Shown here piece after piece: positions 47,212-56,638 of a DNA stretch of 64,000 bases (positions within the stretch are counted from its first letter, which is position 1; each line of letters starts with the position of its first letter). Origin of the DNA: an uncultured Acidimicrobiia bacterium (GTDB lineage: Bacteria; Actinomycetota; Acidimicrobiia; UBA2766); contig CAYJLW010000010.1 in the NCBI GenBank assembly GCA_964370965.1, positions 4,227-68,226 on the forward strand. The letters are read 5' to 3'. The notes below the pieces were generated by a model. The model was given only the letters and a program-made list of their open reading frames with translations. It was not told the DNA's origin and did not search any database. The position numbers and the translations under genes are program-made.

Positions 47212-48111
47212 CTACACCTTCTCGATCTGGACCTTGCCGAAGATGCCCGACGGCTTCAGCGCCAGTACGGCGAGGAGGCCGGCGAAGATCACGAGGTCGG
47301 CGTAGCGGCCCCCATTGGGGATCAGCGTGGTGGTGACACCGGTGATGAACGCCACGGAGAACGCCCCGAAGATGGCCCCCCGCGTCGACCCCAGGCCGCC
47401 GAAGACCGCGGCGATGAGGGCGGCGAAGGAGAGCGTGATCGAGTTCTCGAGCTTCACGAAGAGCGTGGGGGCAATCAGGACCGCCCCGACAGCGCCGAGG
47501 AGGCCGGCGATCGCGAAGGAGAGGACGACGATGAAGCCGGTGTTTATGCCCATGAGCGAGGCCGTGGAGCGATCCTGGCTCACAGCGCTGAACGCCCGCC
47601 CGAGCATGGTCCTCGTGAGGAGCAGCTCGATGCCCACCATGAGCCCCACGGCGAAGAGGATGAGGAGGATGTCAGAGGGGGTGATGGGGACGTCGAAGAC
47701 ACGGATCGCCTTGCCGCTCACGAGATTGGGGATCTTCTGGGGGTCCGCGCCGATGGCGTTCTTCACCGCGTCGGGGATGAACAGCGTCCCGAGAGCAAAC
47801 GTGGTGATGATCCAGCCGATGTTCGTCGCCGGGTCGAAGCGCCCCAGCGGAGCCACGGCCACGAGGTCGATGAGGACCCCGAGAAGCGCTCCCAGGATCA
47901 TCACGATGACGAACGCCGCCCAGATGGGGAGGCCGAAACGCTCGGGATCGGAGAGTTGGAAGGCGGCGTACCCGGCCGCCACGACGATGCCGCCCTGGGC
48001 GAAGTTCACGATCCGCGTGGTGGCGAACACGATGTTGATGCCCAGCGCGATGAGACCGATCGTGGCGCCCTGCGTGAGCGTGATCACGACGATCTGCACG
48101 ATGTCGGTCAC
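47212..48111 (-). CDS. livH: branched-chain-amino-acid-type ABC permease (LivH-like)
   Basis: Polytopic permease. Typical LivH N-terminus QIVVITLTQGATIGLIALGINIVF. Confidence 0.85.
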   Translation of the reverse strand: MTDIVQIVVITLTQGATIGLIALGINIVFATTRIVNFAQGGIVVAAGYAAFQLSDPERFGLPIWAAFVIVMILGALLGVLIDLVAVAPLGRFDPATNIGWIITTFALGTLFIPDAVKNAIGADPQKIPNLVSGKAIRVFDVPITPSDILLILFAVGLMVGIELLLTRTMLGRAFSAVSQDRSTASLMGINTGFIVVLSFAIAGLLGAVGAVLIAPTLFVKLENSITLSFAALIAAVFGGLGSTRGAIFGAFSVAFITGVTTTLIPNGGRYADLVIFAGLLAVLALKPSGIFGKVQIEKV

Positions 48112-48155
48112 ATCACCTCCCTCGGTTCCTCCCAGCCTTCCCCGTCATCTCCGCC

Positions 48156-49631
48156 TCAGTGGACGGGGTTGTCCAGCGGGCACTGCGTGCCCCAGCCTTC
48201 GTCGACCACCTGCTTCATGACGTCCGGGTGCGACCGCTTGTTGGGTTCCAGTGTGGGGTTCACGAGTTGCGTGGGGCCGACGTAGCCCGGTGGGAAGACA
48301 TCCTTCCATTCCCTGCCCAGCTTGTAGGTGTCGTTGGCCGGCTTGCCCCGCTCCAGCGTCACCAGGATGAGGTCGTCTGGCGTCTTGGAGAGGTGACTCT
48401 TCTTCGTGAACTCGAAGTCGATCGAGGAGAACTTCTGCTTCCCGGCCGTCTCGACCGCCTCGATCATCTTCTTGCGGTCGGTCCCCTTGGCGAGCTTCAC
48501 GGCGTTGGCGATCACGTACATGGCGTCCGCCGGGGACTCCTCGCCCCCCGTGGGGAAGGTGTCGAGGTACTTCTTCATCCACTCACGGATCGCGAAGGTG
48601 GGGAGGTAGATGAGACCCCCGACGTGCCAGGCCGTGAGCGACCCCGCCTTCGCGGCCGCTCCCGCGAGCTCGGCCCACTTCTTGTCGCCCATGGCAGCCG
48701 GGGACCCCATGAGCTGCGGATTGCTCCCGGCCTTCGCCGGGCCGATCTCGGAGTAGGCCATGCCTGCGTCCGCGAGTTGCTTCACACAGTTCGCCGTGTC
48801 GCTGGCGACTCCCCACATCCACACCGACTGCGCTCCGCGCACACCGCTGATCTGGGAAGCGAACGAGGAGTTGTTGAGCGTGTAGCTGGTGATCTTCGAT
48901 CCATCGAGACCGGCGTCCTTCATGGCCGTCTCGAACTTGTCCTTGGACGCGGCCGCCGTTGTGTTGTCGTAGATGAGGCCGCAGCGCGCGTAGCCCCGAT
49001 TGCTCTTGCAGTACTCCCCCAGGAGCTTCATGGCCCAGGAGTCCGGAACCAGGAACTGGAACACGGGCCGGAAGGCCTCGTCGTCGGGGTAGATCAGCTT
49101 GTCGTCGTACAGGTCGGCGAAGGCCGCCGTGATCATCAACTGGTCGACTGCGATGCGGTCCTTGATCTCCCGGAGACCCGCAGGCACGGCCCAGACGACA
49201 CCGACGACGTCCTGCTGGCCGGCGAGGTCCTGGTAGGCCTTCACGATCTGGCCCACGTCGGCGGCGCTGATGTCCTTCTTGACGATTTCGACCTTGCGTC
49301 CGCCGATCCCACCGGTGGCGTTCACATGCTCCTTGGACGCCTGGAGGGAGCGCTCCGCTATGGCTCCGATGAACGACCCCACGCCGGAGAAAGGTGCGAT
49401 GACCCCGATCTTGAGCGTGTCCTTGCCCCCGCCGAAGCCCCCGCCGCCGTCGTCACCGCCGCCGCCGATGCCGCCACCGCCGCCCCCGCAAGCCGACAGC
49501 GCCGACGCCGACAGGAACGCTGCGGATGACGTCGTGAAACCGACCTTCAACATCCAGTCCATCAGGCGGCGCCGCGAGATCTCGCCGTCGCCCTGCCGCT
49601 CGATGAAATCCCGTTCACGGTCTTCGTTCAC
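48156..49631 (-). CDS. ABC substrate-binding lipoprotein (Liv-type), Tat-like signal; tandem paralogue 1
   Basis: GTG start with GAGGGAGG RBS. N-terminus NEDRERDFIERQGDGEISRRRLMDWMLKVGF, then lipobox LSASALSAC, then a Gly-rich linker. Confidence 0.8.
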   Translation of the reverse strand: MNEDRERDFIERQGDGEISRRRLMDWMLKVGFTTSSAAFLSASALSACGGGGGGIGGGGDDGGGGFGGGKDTLKIGVIAPFSGVGSFIGAIAERSLQASKEHVNATGGIGGRKVEIVKKDISAADVGQIVKAYQDLAGQQDVVGVVWAVPAGLREIKDRIAVDQLMITAAFADLYDDKLIYPDDEAFRPVFQFLVPDSWAMKLLGEYCKSNRGYARCGLIYDNTTAAASKDKFETAMKDAGLDGSKITSYTLNNSSFASQISGVRGAQSVWMWGVASDTANCVKQLADAGMAYSEIGPAKAGSNPQLMGSPAAMGDKKWAELAGAAAKAGSLTAWHVGGLIYLPTFAIREWMKKYLDTFPTGGEESPADAMYVIANAVKLAKGTDRKKMIEAVETAGKQKFSSIDFEFTKKSHLSKTPDDLILVTLERGKPANDTYKLGREWKDVFPPGYVGPTQLVNPTLEPNKRSHPDVMKQVVDEGWGTQCPLDNPVH

Positions 49632-49710
49632 GCAATCCTCCCTCGGGTAACGGCGCAACTATAGGTCTGCGCCGACGACGTTGCCGGGCACCCACCCGAC
49701 AAGCTGAGCT

Positions 49711-51183
49711 TCAGTGGATGGGGTTGTCGAGGGCGCACTGCGTTCCCCAGCCGCCCTCGATGACCTCCTTCATGACGTCAGGATGACGGCGCTTGTTCGC
49801 CTCGACGGTGGGATTCACGAGATGCGTGGGACCCACGTATCCGGCGGGGAAGACCTCCTTGAACTCCTTGCCCAGCTTGTACGTGCCGTTGGCGGGCTTC
49901 CCCCGTTCCAGCGTGACGATGATGAGGTCGTCCTTGGTCTTGGAGAGGTGGCTCTTCTTCGTGAACTCGAAGTCGATGGAGGAGAACGTCTGACGGCCGG
50001 CGCTCTCGACGGCCTCGATCATCTTCTTGCGGTCGAGGCTCCCTGCCCTCTTCACGGCGTTCGCCACGAGGTACGAGGCGTCCGCCGGCGACTCCTCGCC
50101 CCCGGTCGGGAACGTGTCGAGGTACTTCTTCGCCCACGCACGGAACTTGAAGGACGGGAGGTAGATGAGGCCCCCGACGTGCCAGGCCGTGAGAGTCCCG
50201 GCCTTGGCGGCGGCCCCCGCGAGCTCCGCCCACTTCTTCTCCCCCAACGACGCGGGGGAGCCCATGAGCTGCGGGCCCGTCCCCGCCCTCGCCGAGTTCA
50301 CGTCGACATACGCCATCCCCGAGTCCGCGAGCTGCTTCACGGCGTTCGCGGTGTCCGTCGCCAGACCCCACATCCAGACCGTCTGCGATCCCTTCACGGC
50401 CCCTATCTGCGACCCGAAGTTCGAGTTGTTCAGCGTGTAGCTGGCCACCTTCGAGCCGTCGATTCCCACGTTGCGGAACGCGTTCTGGATCCGGGCCTTC
50501 GCGACGTCGAAGAGCGTGCTGTCATAGATGATCCCGCCGCGGGCGTAGCCCCTGTTGTTCTTGGAGTAGTCGGCGAGCACCTCGGTTGCCCAGGTGTCGG
50601 GGATGAGGAACTGGAAGAAGGGCCGGAACGCCTCGTTGTCGGGGTAGAGGTCGCCGTCGTCGTAGAGGCCGGCAAAGGCCCCCGACAGGAGGATCTGGTC
50701 GACGACGATGCGGTCCTTGAGCTCACGGACCCCCCCGGGGATGCCCCACACGACGCCGGCGATGTCCTGGATGCCGGCGAGGTCCTGGTAGGCCTTCGTG
50801 ACCTGGTTGGGATCGGCGGCGCTGATGTCCTTCTTGATGAACTCGATCTTCCGGCCGCCGATGCCCCCGGTGGCGTTCACGTGGGCCTTCGTGGCGTCGA
50901 TCGCCCGGTCCACGATCGCCCCGATGAACGAGCCGATCCCCGAGAAGGACCCGATCACGCCGATCTTGATGGTGTCCTTGCCCTCGCCGAAGCTCCCGCC
51001 TCCGCCGTCGCCCCCGCCTCCGATGCCCTTCTTGCCGCCGCAGCCGTTGAGCGCCGACGCGGCGAGGAACCCGGCGGTGGACGTCCCGAAACCGACCTTC
51101 GCCATCCACTCCATGAGGCGCCGCCGTGAGATGTCCCTGTCGGTCTGGCGCTCGATGAAGTCCCGCTCACGGTCCTCGTTCAT
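49711..51183 (-). CDS. ABC substrate-binding lipoprotein (Liv-type), Tat-like signal; tandem paralogue 2
   Basis: Collinear paralogue of 48156-49631 with the same N-terminal motif. ATG with GAGGAGG RBS. Confidence 0.8.
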   Translation of the reverse strand: MNEDRERDFIERQTDRDISRRRLMEWMAKVGFGTSTAGFLAASALNGCGGKKGIGGGGDGGGGSFGEGKDTIKIGVIGSFSGIGSFIGAIVDRAIDATKAHVNATGGIGGRKIEFIKKDISAADPNQVTKAYQDLAGIQDIAGVVWGIPGGVRELKDRIVVDQILLSGAFAGLYDDGDLYPDNEAFRPFFQFLIPDTWATEVLADYSKNNRGYARGGIIYDSTLFDVAKARIQNAFRNVGIDGSKVASYTLNNSNFGSQIGAVKGSQTVWMWGLATDTANAVKQLADSGMAYVDVNSARAGTGPQLMGSPASLGEKKWAELAGAAAKAGTLTAWHVGGLIYLPSFKFRAWAKKYLDTFPTGGEESPADASYLVANAVKRAGSLDRKKMIEAVESAGRQTFSSIDFEFTKKSHLSKTKDDLIIVTLERGKPANGTYKLGKEFKEVFPAGYVGPTHLVNPTVEANKRRHPDVMKEVIEGGWGTQCALDNPIH

Positions 51184-51260
51184 GGATGCCTCCTCATGGC
51201 GTCGACGTGCTGCGTGGGTGGGCAAACACACGGACTTCGTGTCCGCAGGGAACGGCTACC

Positions 51261-52610
51261 TCACTCGAACGGGTCCTTGCCCTTCAGGTTCGGCGCCGTC
51301 CCGGGCACGGCGACAAAGAACCCACCCTGGCTCTTCACGTCCGGGAACTGCTGGCCGACGTAGGTGTCGGCGGCGTCGGGTTCGCGGTTGTACGCGACGA
51401 TCGCGTAGTCCGACGGCGTCACCCCGAGGCGGTCCTTGAACGAGTACTCGGCCGCCATCCCGCGCAACGTGAGGCCGTCGAGGGCGTCCATGACGTCGCC
51501 CGGGTCGCTGCCCCCCTTCTCGGCGGCCGCTACGGCCAAGAGGCCCGCGTCACAGGAGATGAGGTCGGCAACCGAGAGATCGGCCGAGGCCTGCCCTCCC
51601 GACTTCTTGCGCACCTTGTAGAACTCCTTCACGGCGGGAGTGGGGTCCCACGGCCCCCCGGCGATGCCCGTCGAGAGGGTTCCGTTGCGTACCGGGGGCG
51701 TGAGCTGGTTGATGTCCTGGGTTCCGAGCGCGGGGACCGCCATGCGGGGGGCGACCATCATCTGGCTGCCGAGGCCGGCCACGAACCAGGACTGGATCAC
51801 CCGGAACCCCTGCGTGGCGTCCGCCCACACGAACACCGTCTGGGCGGCGGCGTCACCCGTGGACTTCACCTTCGCCCGCAGGTCTGCGTCGGCGACCCCG
51901 AAAGGGACGTCGGCCACGGGGGCAAGGCCTTCGGTGGCGAGCGCCTGCAGCATGTAGTTGTGCCCCGCCTGACCGTAGGTCGTGTCCTGGTCCCACATGA
52001 GAGCGAAGCGGGTGTAGTTGCGCTCCTTCGTGGCGAACTTCACGAGCTTCTCGGCCACCTGCGGATCCTGCAGGGCTATGGAGAAGGCGTTCGGGTTGTT
52101 CGCCAGGAGGGCCGGGTTGCCGTCGTACACGACGATCACGGGCACACCCTGGGCGGCGGCAGCCTTGATCCCGGCGTCGACCTGGTCCCCCACCGATCCG
52201 TAGACGATCACCCCGGCGCCGTCGGCGATGAGGTTGTTCACGGCCTGCACGGCCCCCGCCGGGTCGCCGTTGTCGTCCTCTACGCGCACCCCGACCTTGT
52301 CTCCCACGAGGAAAGGGACCACCTGTGTGCCGTTCGCGAGGGTCTGGAAATCCTTGCCGGGGCCTGCAGATGAGATCACGAGGCCGATCACCAGATTCTG
52401 GCGCAGCTTCGTGCCCCACTTCGGGGGTGCCGGGTCCTTCGGCGGCGGGCGGCGGTCGCCCGTGTTCGAGCCCCCCACGTCGCGCGCCCCCGCCGCGCTC
52501 TTGGACTCACTGCCCCGGGAGCAGCCCGAGGCCAAGAGCGCCAGCACCGCCAGCGCTGCGAGGACGGTCCGGAGTCTGCGTCGCACGTCGCCCCCTCTCA
52601 CGTCCCGCAC
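51261..52610 (-). CDS. ABC substrate-binding lipoprotein (LivK/AmiC family)
   Basis: RRRLRTVLAALAVLALLASGC signal/lipobox. Periplasmic-binding-protein type I fold motifs. Confidence 0.8.
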   Translation of the reverse strand: MRDVRGGDVRRRLRTVLAALAVLALLASGCSRGSESKSAAGARDVGGSNTGDRRPPPKDPAPPKWGTKLRQNLVIGLVISSAGPGKDFQTLANGTQVVPFLVGDKVGVRVEDDNGDPAGAVQAVNNLIADGAGVIVYGSVGDQVDAGIKAAAAQGVPVIVVYDGNPALLANNPNAFSIALQDPQVAEKLVKFATKERNYTRFALMWDQDTTYGQAGHNYMLQALATEGLAPVADVPFGVADADLRAKVKSTGDAAAQTVFVWADATQGFRVIQSWFVAGLGSQMMVAPRMAVPALGTQDINQLTPPVRNGTLSTGIAGGPWDPTPAVKEFYKVRKKSGGQASADLSVADLISCDAGLLAVAAAEKGGSDPGDVMDALDGLTLRGMAAEYSFKDRLGVTPSDYAIVAYNREPDAADTYVGQQFPDVKSQGGFFVAVPGTAPNLKGKDPFE

Positions 52611-52612
52611 CC

Positions 52613-55531
52613 TCAGACCTTCACGCCTGGGAGCTCGAAGACGAACATGACGCTCCCGTCGGCTTCTTCGCCCCCTGACTCGGCGAGGCCCATGAACGTC
52701 GTGTACTTCTTGGCGCGTTTCAGGCCCTCCTGACTGAGAGCGGTGTTGAAGTCACCCGAGATCTGCACGCCGCTCACTCCCCCGATGAGAAGTGGAGACG
52801 CCGACACGGCGGCACCGAGCTGGGTGGCGGCGGAGCTGAGGCTCTCGGCCACGTACGCGATAGAGCCCTCGATGGTGACCCCGAGGTCGCTCGGGTCCCA
52901 CGTCCCGATCGCGGCCGGAGCCGTGAACTGCAGCGCCTTGCCCAGCGCCCTCACCGCTGTGGCGATGTCGTCGGGCTGGCCGCGCCTGTCGAGCCTCGTG
53001 ACCCGCGGGTTCCCGTAGCCGCCGGCGATGATGGACAGGGCCTTCTCGGCGGTCTGGGGCTTCACCGTACGGCTGCCGGGGTCTGCCAGCACCTTGTCAC
53101 AAGGCGTGTCGAGCACTGGGGGCACGATGGGCACGATGTAGTTGCCGGCGCCATCCTTCGGCATGCTGGACGGGCAGAGGGCGTCCTCGCGGTCGACGCT
53201 GTAGTTGATCAGGTTCACCGCCTGGGAGATCTTCGGGCCCGTCTGGGCGTTGCCGAGGTCGGTCACCTGGTAGCCCGGGTACCCTGCCACGGACGCCGTG
53301 AAGTTGAAGCCGGGGCCCCAGAGCAGGCTCTCGATCACCGTCGCCGACGCCTCGATGGCTCCCAACGGCCCGGCGAAGGCCTGGGCGCAGGTGATCTGGG
53401 TGGCGACGGTTCCGGGCGGTGCCGTGAGGATCGTGAGGTCTGTGAGCACCTGGTTCAGCGTGGGCCAACAGGAGGGCGCCGTGTCGGTCCCCTTGGGGGC
53501 GTCAGGGCTGAGACCTCCGGCGAGGACCAAGATCGCCTTGAGGCCGTCAGGGATGCCGTTCGCCGGGTAGTTCGGGCCCAGCAGGGAGGCGTAGTTCTGG
53601 GACGCCCCGCTCCAACCCCGCCGGCTCATCCTCGAGTCGGTGATGATGCCCAGGCCGCCGGCGTCGACCGTCGCCGTCACCGGGGAGTCGATGGCGTTGT
53701 TGATCCCCTGCTCGGACCCGGAGAGCAGCACGGTGCCCAGGTTGAGCTTGGCATTGGGGCCGAGGAGGCCCCCGGCGAGGGCAGAGAGGTCCAACTCCGG
53801 CAGGAAGCTCTTGGCCGTGCCGTTGAGGAGGGACCTCAGCGTGATGTCGCTCGTGGGAAGGAACGCCGGGCAGGCGGGGCTGATGTCGTCACAGAGCCCC
53901 TTCAGCAAAGGAGGCGGGCCGCCGGACACGCCGGGGTAGAGCTCCCCCTTCACCATGGCGATGGTGTTCAGCGCCGCCGTCGTGTAGTAGCCGGGGTAGG
54001 TGTCGGGGTTCGGGAACACGAACGGGTCGAAGTCCGCCACACCGTCGTTGTCGGCGTCGATCGCCCCCTTGGCGGCGAACTTGATCATCGCCGCCCAGTT
54101 GTAGAGCGAGCCGAAGTACCCCCCGGAACCGTCAGGGAGGGTGTTCTGGGTGAGGTCACCGCCGAGTTGGCCGCCCGTGGTGCGCGTGATCTCCTGGGAG
54201 CGGTAGGTGTTGTTGCGGGTGTCGAGGGACGCCGCCCAGCCTGTGGTGGTGCGCTTCGCCACCATCGGGGGCACTTCGCCGAGCTGCTTCGGTACGCCAG
54301 CGGAGCTGGCGAAGGTGCAGTTCGCCCCCGGCCCGGGAGGCGTGTTGCCGGCAGAGGAGCAGAGCGGGTTCGTGTAGTTCGACTTGCCCAGCGCCCCGGC
54401 GAGCTGGGCGAGACCGGGTGCCAGGGTTCCCTCGATCTGCGTGCGGAGCTCGACAAGGCCGTCGTAGAGCGTCTTCATGTTGGGCACGAGCTGCGTGTTC
54501 ACAGCCCGGCCGCCCTCCTCGAGGGAGCGGGAGAGGACGTCGAGGCCCTCCTCGGCGATCTGCTTGAGGCCGTCGGCGGCCTTGGGCAGGCCCTCCTCGG
54601 GGGACGTGAGCTGCAGGAAGGCCCCGTAGAACTGGTTGAGGGCGTAGAGGAGCGTGTCGGTGGCGCCACCGCCGAGCTCCTGGGCGTCGGCGACAGCCTC
54701 GGCCTGCTCCATACCGATGCCCGGCGTGACGACGATGCGCCCCGAGGGGAGGTCGAAGCTCTTCGTCTGCCCCTTGACCTTCAACGTCAGGGAACCGGGC
54801 TGGGTCGGCGGGAAGAGAACGCCGCTGGCGGTGACCGTGGCGCCGTCGCCCCGGTGGCCGAGCTGGCCGTTCTCGGCCTCGAGGCCCTTCCAGTTCTCGT
54901 CGTCGAAGAACAGCGGCCCCACGGAGACGGTGAGGGGGATGAAGACGAAGCCGACGTCGGTGACTTCCTTGTCGGACACAGAGTCGGTGTAGGTGACCTC
55001 CCGCGCCTGACCGGTGATGTTGTCGACGACGAGCTCGAGCTCGAAGGTGCCCGCCTTGCCCTTGATCTTCTCGAGGTCGGTGACCTCCGTGCCGTTCAGG
55101 CTGTACGTGGTCTTGACGCGCACCGGGAGCTGCTTGTCGCCCCGCGGGGTCTTCACGACGCCACTGCCCGAGAGGAGATCGGCCTGGCCGGTGAAGTAGA
55201 TGTCGGTGGGCTTGCCCGGGCCCTTGACGTCCTCGTTCCAGGTGAGCGTGCTGTCGGACACGGACGGTTTGGGTGAGTCGAACTGCGCCGAGACGTCGCT
55301 GAGGTCGGCCTTCTTCGTGACGCGCATCGTGCCCGAACCCTGGAGGCGAAGGAAGTCGTCTATGGCGACCTGCGACACGGCGCCGGACTCAGAGAGTTGG
55401 GCGACGACGACTTCGGTCTCGGCCAGGGTCGCGTCGGCAGACGCCGCTTGCACGAGAGGCATGGCGGCAGCGGGTACGAGCACCATCGCCACAGCGAGAG
55501 CCAGCCACTTCAGCCGCCGAGTTCTCTTCAC
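52613..55531 (-). CDS. large secreted protein (972 aa), unknown function, with Ca-binding-like DADNDGVADFDP motif
   Basis: GTG start with GGGAGGGGAG RBS. Signal peptide KRTRRLKWLALAVAMVLVPAAA. Stop is 3 nt before the downstream SBP gene start. Confidence 0.6.
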   Translation of the reverse strand: MKRTRRLKWLALAVAMVLVPAAAMPLVQAASADATLAETEVVVAQLSESGAVSQVAIDDFLRLQGSGTMRVTKKADLSDVSAQFDSPKPSVSDSTLTWNEDVKGPGKPTDIYFTGQADLLSGSGVVKTPRGDKQLPVRVKTTYSLNGTEVTDLEKIKGKAGTFELELVVDNITGQAREVTYTDSVSDKEVTDVGFVFIPLTVSVGPLFFDDENWKGLEAENGQLGHRGDGATVTASGVLFPPTQPGSLTLKVKGQTKSFDLPSGRIVVTPGIGMEQAEAVADAQELGGGATDTLLYALNQFYGAFLQLTSPEEGLPKAADGLKQIAEEGLDVLSRSLEEGGRAVNTQLVPNMKTLYDGLVELRTQIEGTLAPGLAQLAGALGKSNYTNPLCSSAGNTPPGPGANCTFASSAGVPKQLGEVPPMVAKRTTTGWAASLDTRNNTYRSQEITRTTGGQLGGDLTQNTLPDGSGGYFGSLYNWAAMIKFAAKGAIDADNDGVADFDPFVFPNPDTYPGYYTTAALNTIAMVKGELYPGVSGGPPPLLKGLCDDISPACPAFLPTSDITLRSLLNGTAKSFLPELDLSALAGGLLGPNAKLNLGTVLLSGSEQGINNAIDSPVTATVDAGGLGIITDSRMSRRGWSGASQNYASLLGPNYPANGIPDGLKAILVLAGGLSPDAPKGTDTAPSCWPTLNQVLTDLTILTAPPGTVATQITCAQAFAGPLGAIEASATVIESLLWGPGFNFTASVAGYPGYQVTDLGNAQTGPKISQAVNLINYSVDREDALCPSSMPKDGAGNYIVPIVPPVLDTPCDKVLADPGSRTVKPQTAEKALSIIAGGYGNPRVTRLDRRGQPDDIATAVRALGKALQFTAPAAIGTWDPSDLGVTIEGSIAYVAESLSSAATQLGAAVSASPLLIGGVSGVQISGDFNTALSQEGLKRAKKYTTFMGLAESGGEEADGSVMFVFELPGVKV

Positions 55532-55758
55532 GACTCCCCTCCCTTCGCCAGGCCCGACAGGCGCCCGAGCCGGGCCCGCTCCGTCAGCACACCCATGGGG
55601 CCCCCAGTACGCAGTCGGAACAGAGAAGACAATTTGACCGGGAGCATAGCCATTGCCACCCCGGAACGTGTGCATGCCATGAGGGACCCGCCTCGCGGAG
55701 CTCTTCGCCTTCCCGACCCCGTTCCTTCGGCAAGTCCACGGCGTGGATTCAGTGTCGA

Positions 55759-55778
55759 GTGAACGACCGGTCATTCAC
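55759..55778. promoter_or_regulatory. candidate TetR operator: 20-bp palindrome GTGAACGACC-GGTCATTCAC
   Basis: 19 of 20 positions self-complementary. Lies 34 bp upstream of the TetR ATG (55812), in the divergent region shared with the large-protein operon. Confidence 0.35.
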
Positions 55779-55811
55779 ACGGTGGGGCCTCTACCTCCGT
55801 ATGATGCGCAG

Positions 55812-56471
55812 ATGGACCCCGGTACCGAGGCGGCGAAGCCGCACAGCCGGCGCGCCGGCGCCGAACGCACCCGCGTTGCGATCCTCGAGACCGCCCGCGG
55901 GCTCTTCGCCGAGGCGGGCTACCGGGGCACCTCCGTGGCCGACATCGCGGAGGCCGCGGGGCTCGCCCCCGGCACGATCTACGTCCACTTCAAGAACAAG
56001 GCCGACCTCCTCGCCGAGGTGATCCGCTCCACGGAGCCCAACGATCTCGTCCTCAGCCCCGAAGAGCTCAGCCGGATCTCGGTGGCGGAGATGTTCTCGG
56101 AGATCGCCGCCATCTCGATCCGCCAGGCCGAGACGAACGCTGCCTTCCTCACCTCCATGGCCCACGAGGCCCGCAAGTTCCCCGAGACCCGTGCCGACTT
56201 CTACCGCCAGGTGATGCTGCGCCCGATGCAGGCCGTCGCCGGCCTCCTCGCCCATGTCCCGGGCTGCGCGGAGCTCGACGAGAGCGACCGCCGCGCCCTC
56301 GCCCACGTCTTCTTGAGCGCCGCCGTCTTCACAGTCGTGGAGCAGGAGATCCTGGGGGGCGCCGAATGCGATCCCATCGACATCGAGCGGGTACCCGCGT
56401 TGCTGGGCCTGCTCCTCGAAGGGGGAGTCGGAGGCATCTCCGGCGAAAACCGCACCAAGCGCAAGCGCTGA
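55812..56471 (+). CDS. TetR-family transcriptional regulator
   Basis: RTRVAILETARGLFAEAGYRGTSVADIAEAAGLAPGTIYVHFKNKADLL. Confidence 0.75.
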   Translation: MDPGTEAAKPHSRRAGAERTRVAILETARGLFAEAGYRGTSVADIAEAAGLAPGTIYVHFKNKADLLAEVIRSTEPNDLVLSPEELSRISVAEMFSEIAAISIRQAETNAAFLTSMAHEARKFPETRADFYRQVMLRPMQAVAGLLAHVPGCAELDESDRRALAHVFLSAAVFTVVEQEILGGAECDPIDIERVPALLGLLLEGGVGGISGENRTKRKR

Positions 56472-56638
56472 CGAGCTCCCGGGGGCAGAGATCCCACACG
56501 CGACCCAACCCGCGAGGCCGCAACCACCGAAACGTGATGCCGGTCCCGGCATCCGGGGAGGACAGCATTCCCTTGGGCTCGACAGCCCCAGTTCCGCGCA
56601 GCGGGCACGATGATCCCCGGAGAAGGAGACGGAGCCCC

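Noticed and set aside
42549-47336. Plus-strand ORFs of 446, 418 and 631 aa
   Set aside because: Antisense to the acyl-CoA dehydrogenase, livF and LivM-LivG genes. GC-frame artefacts.
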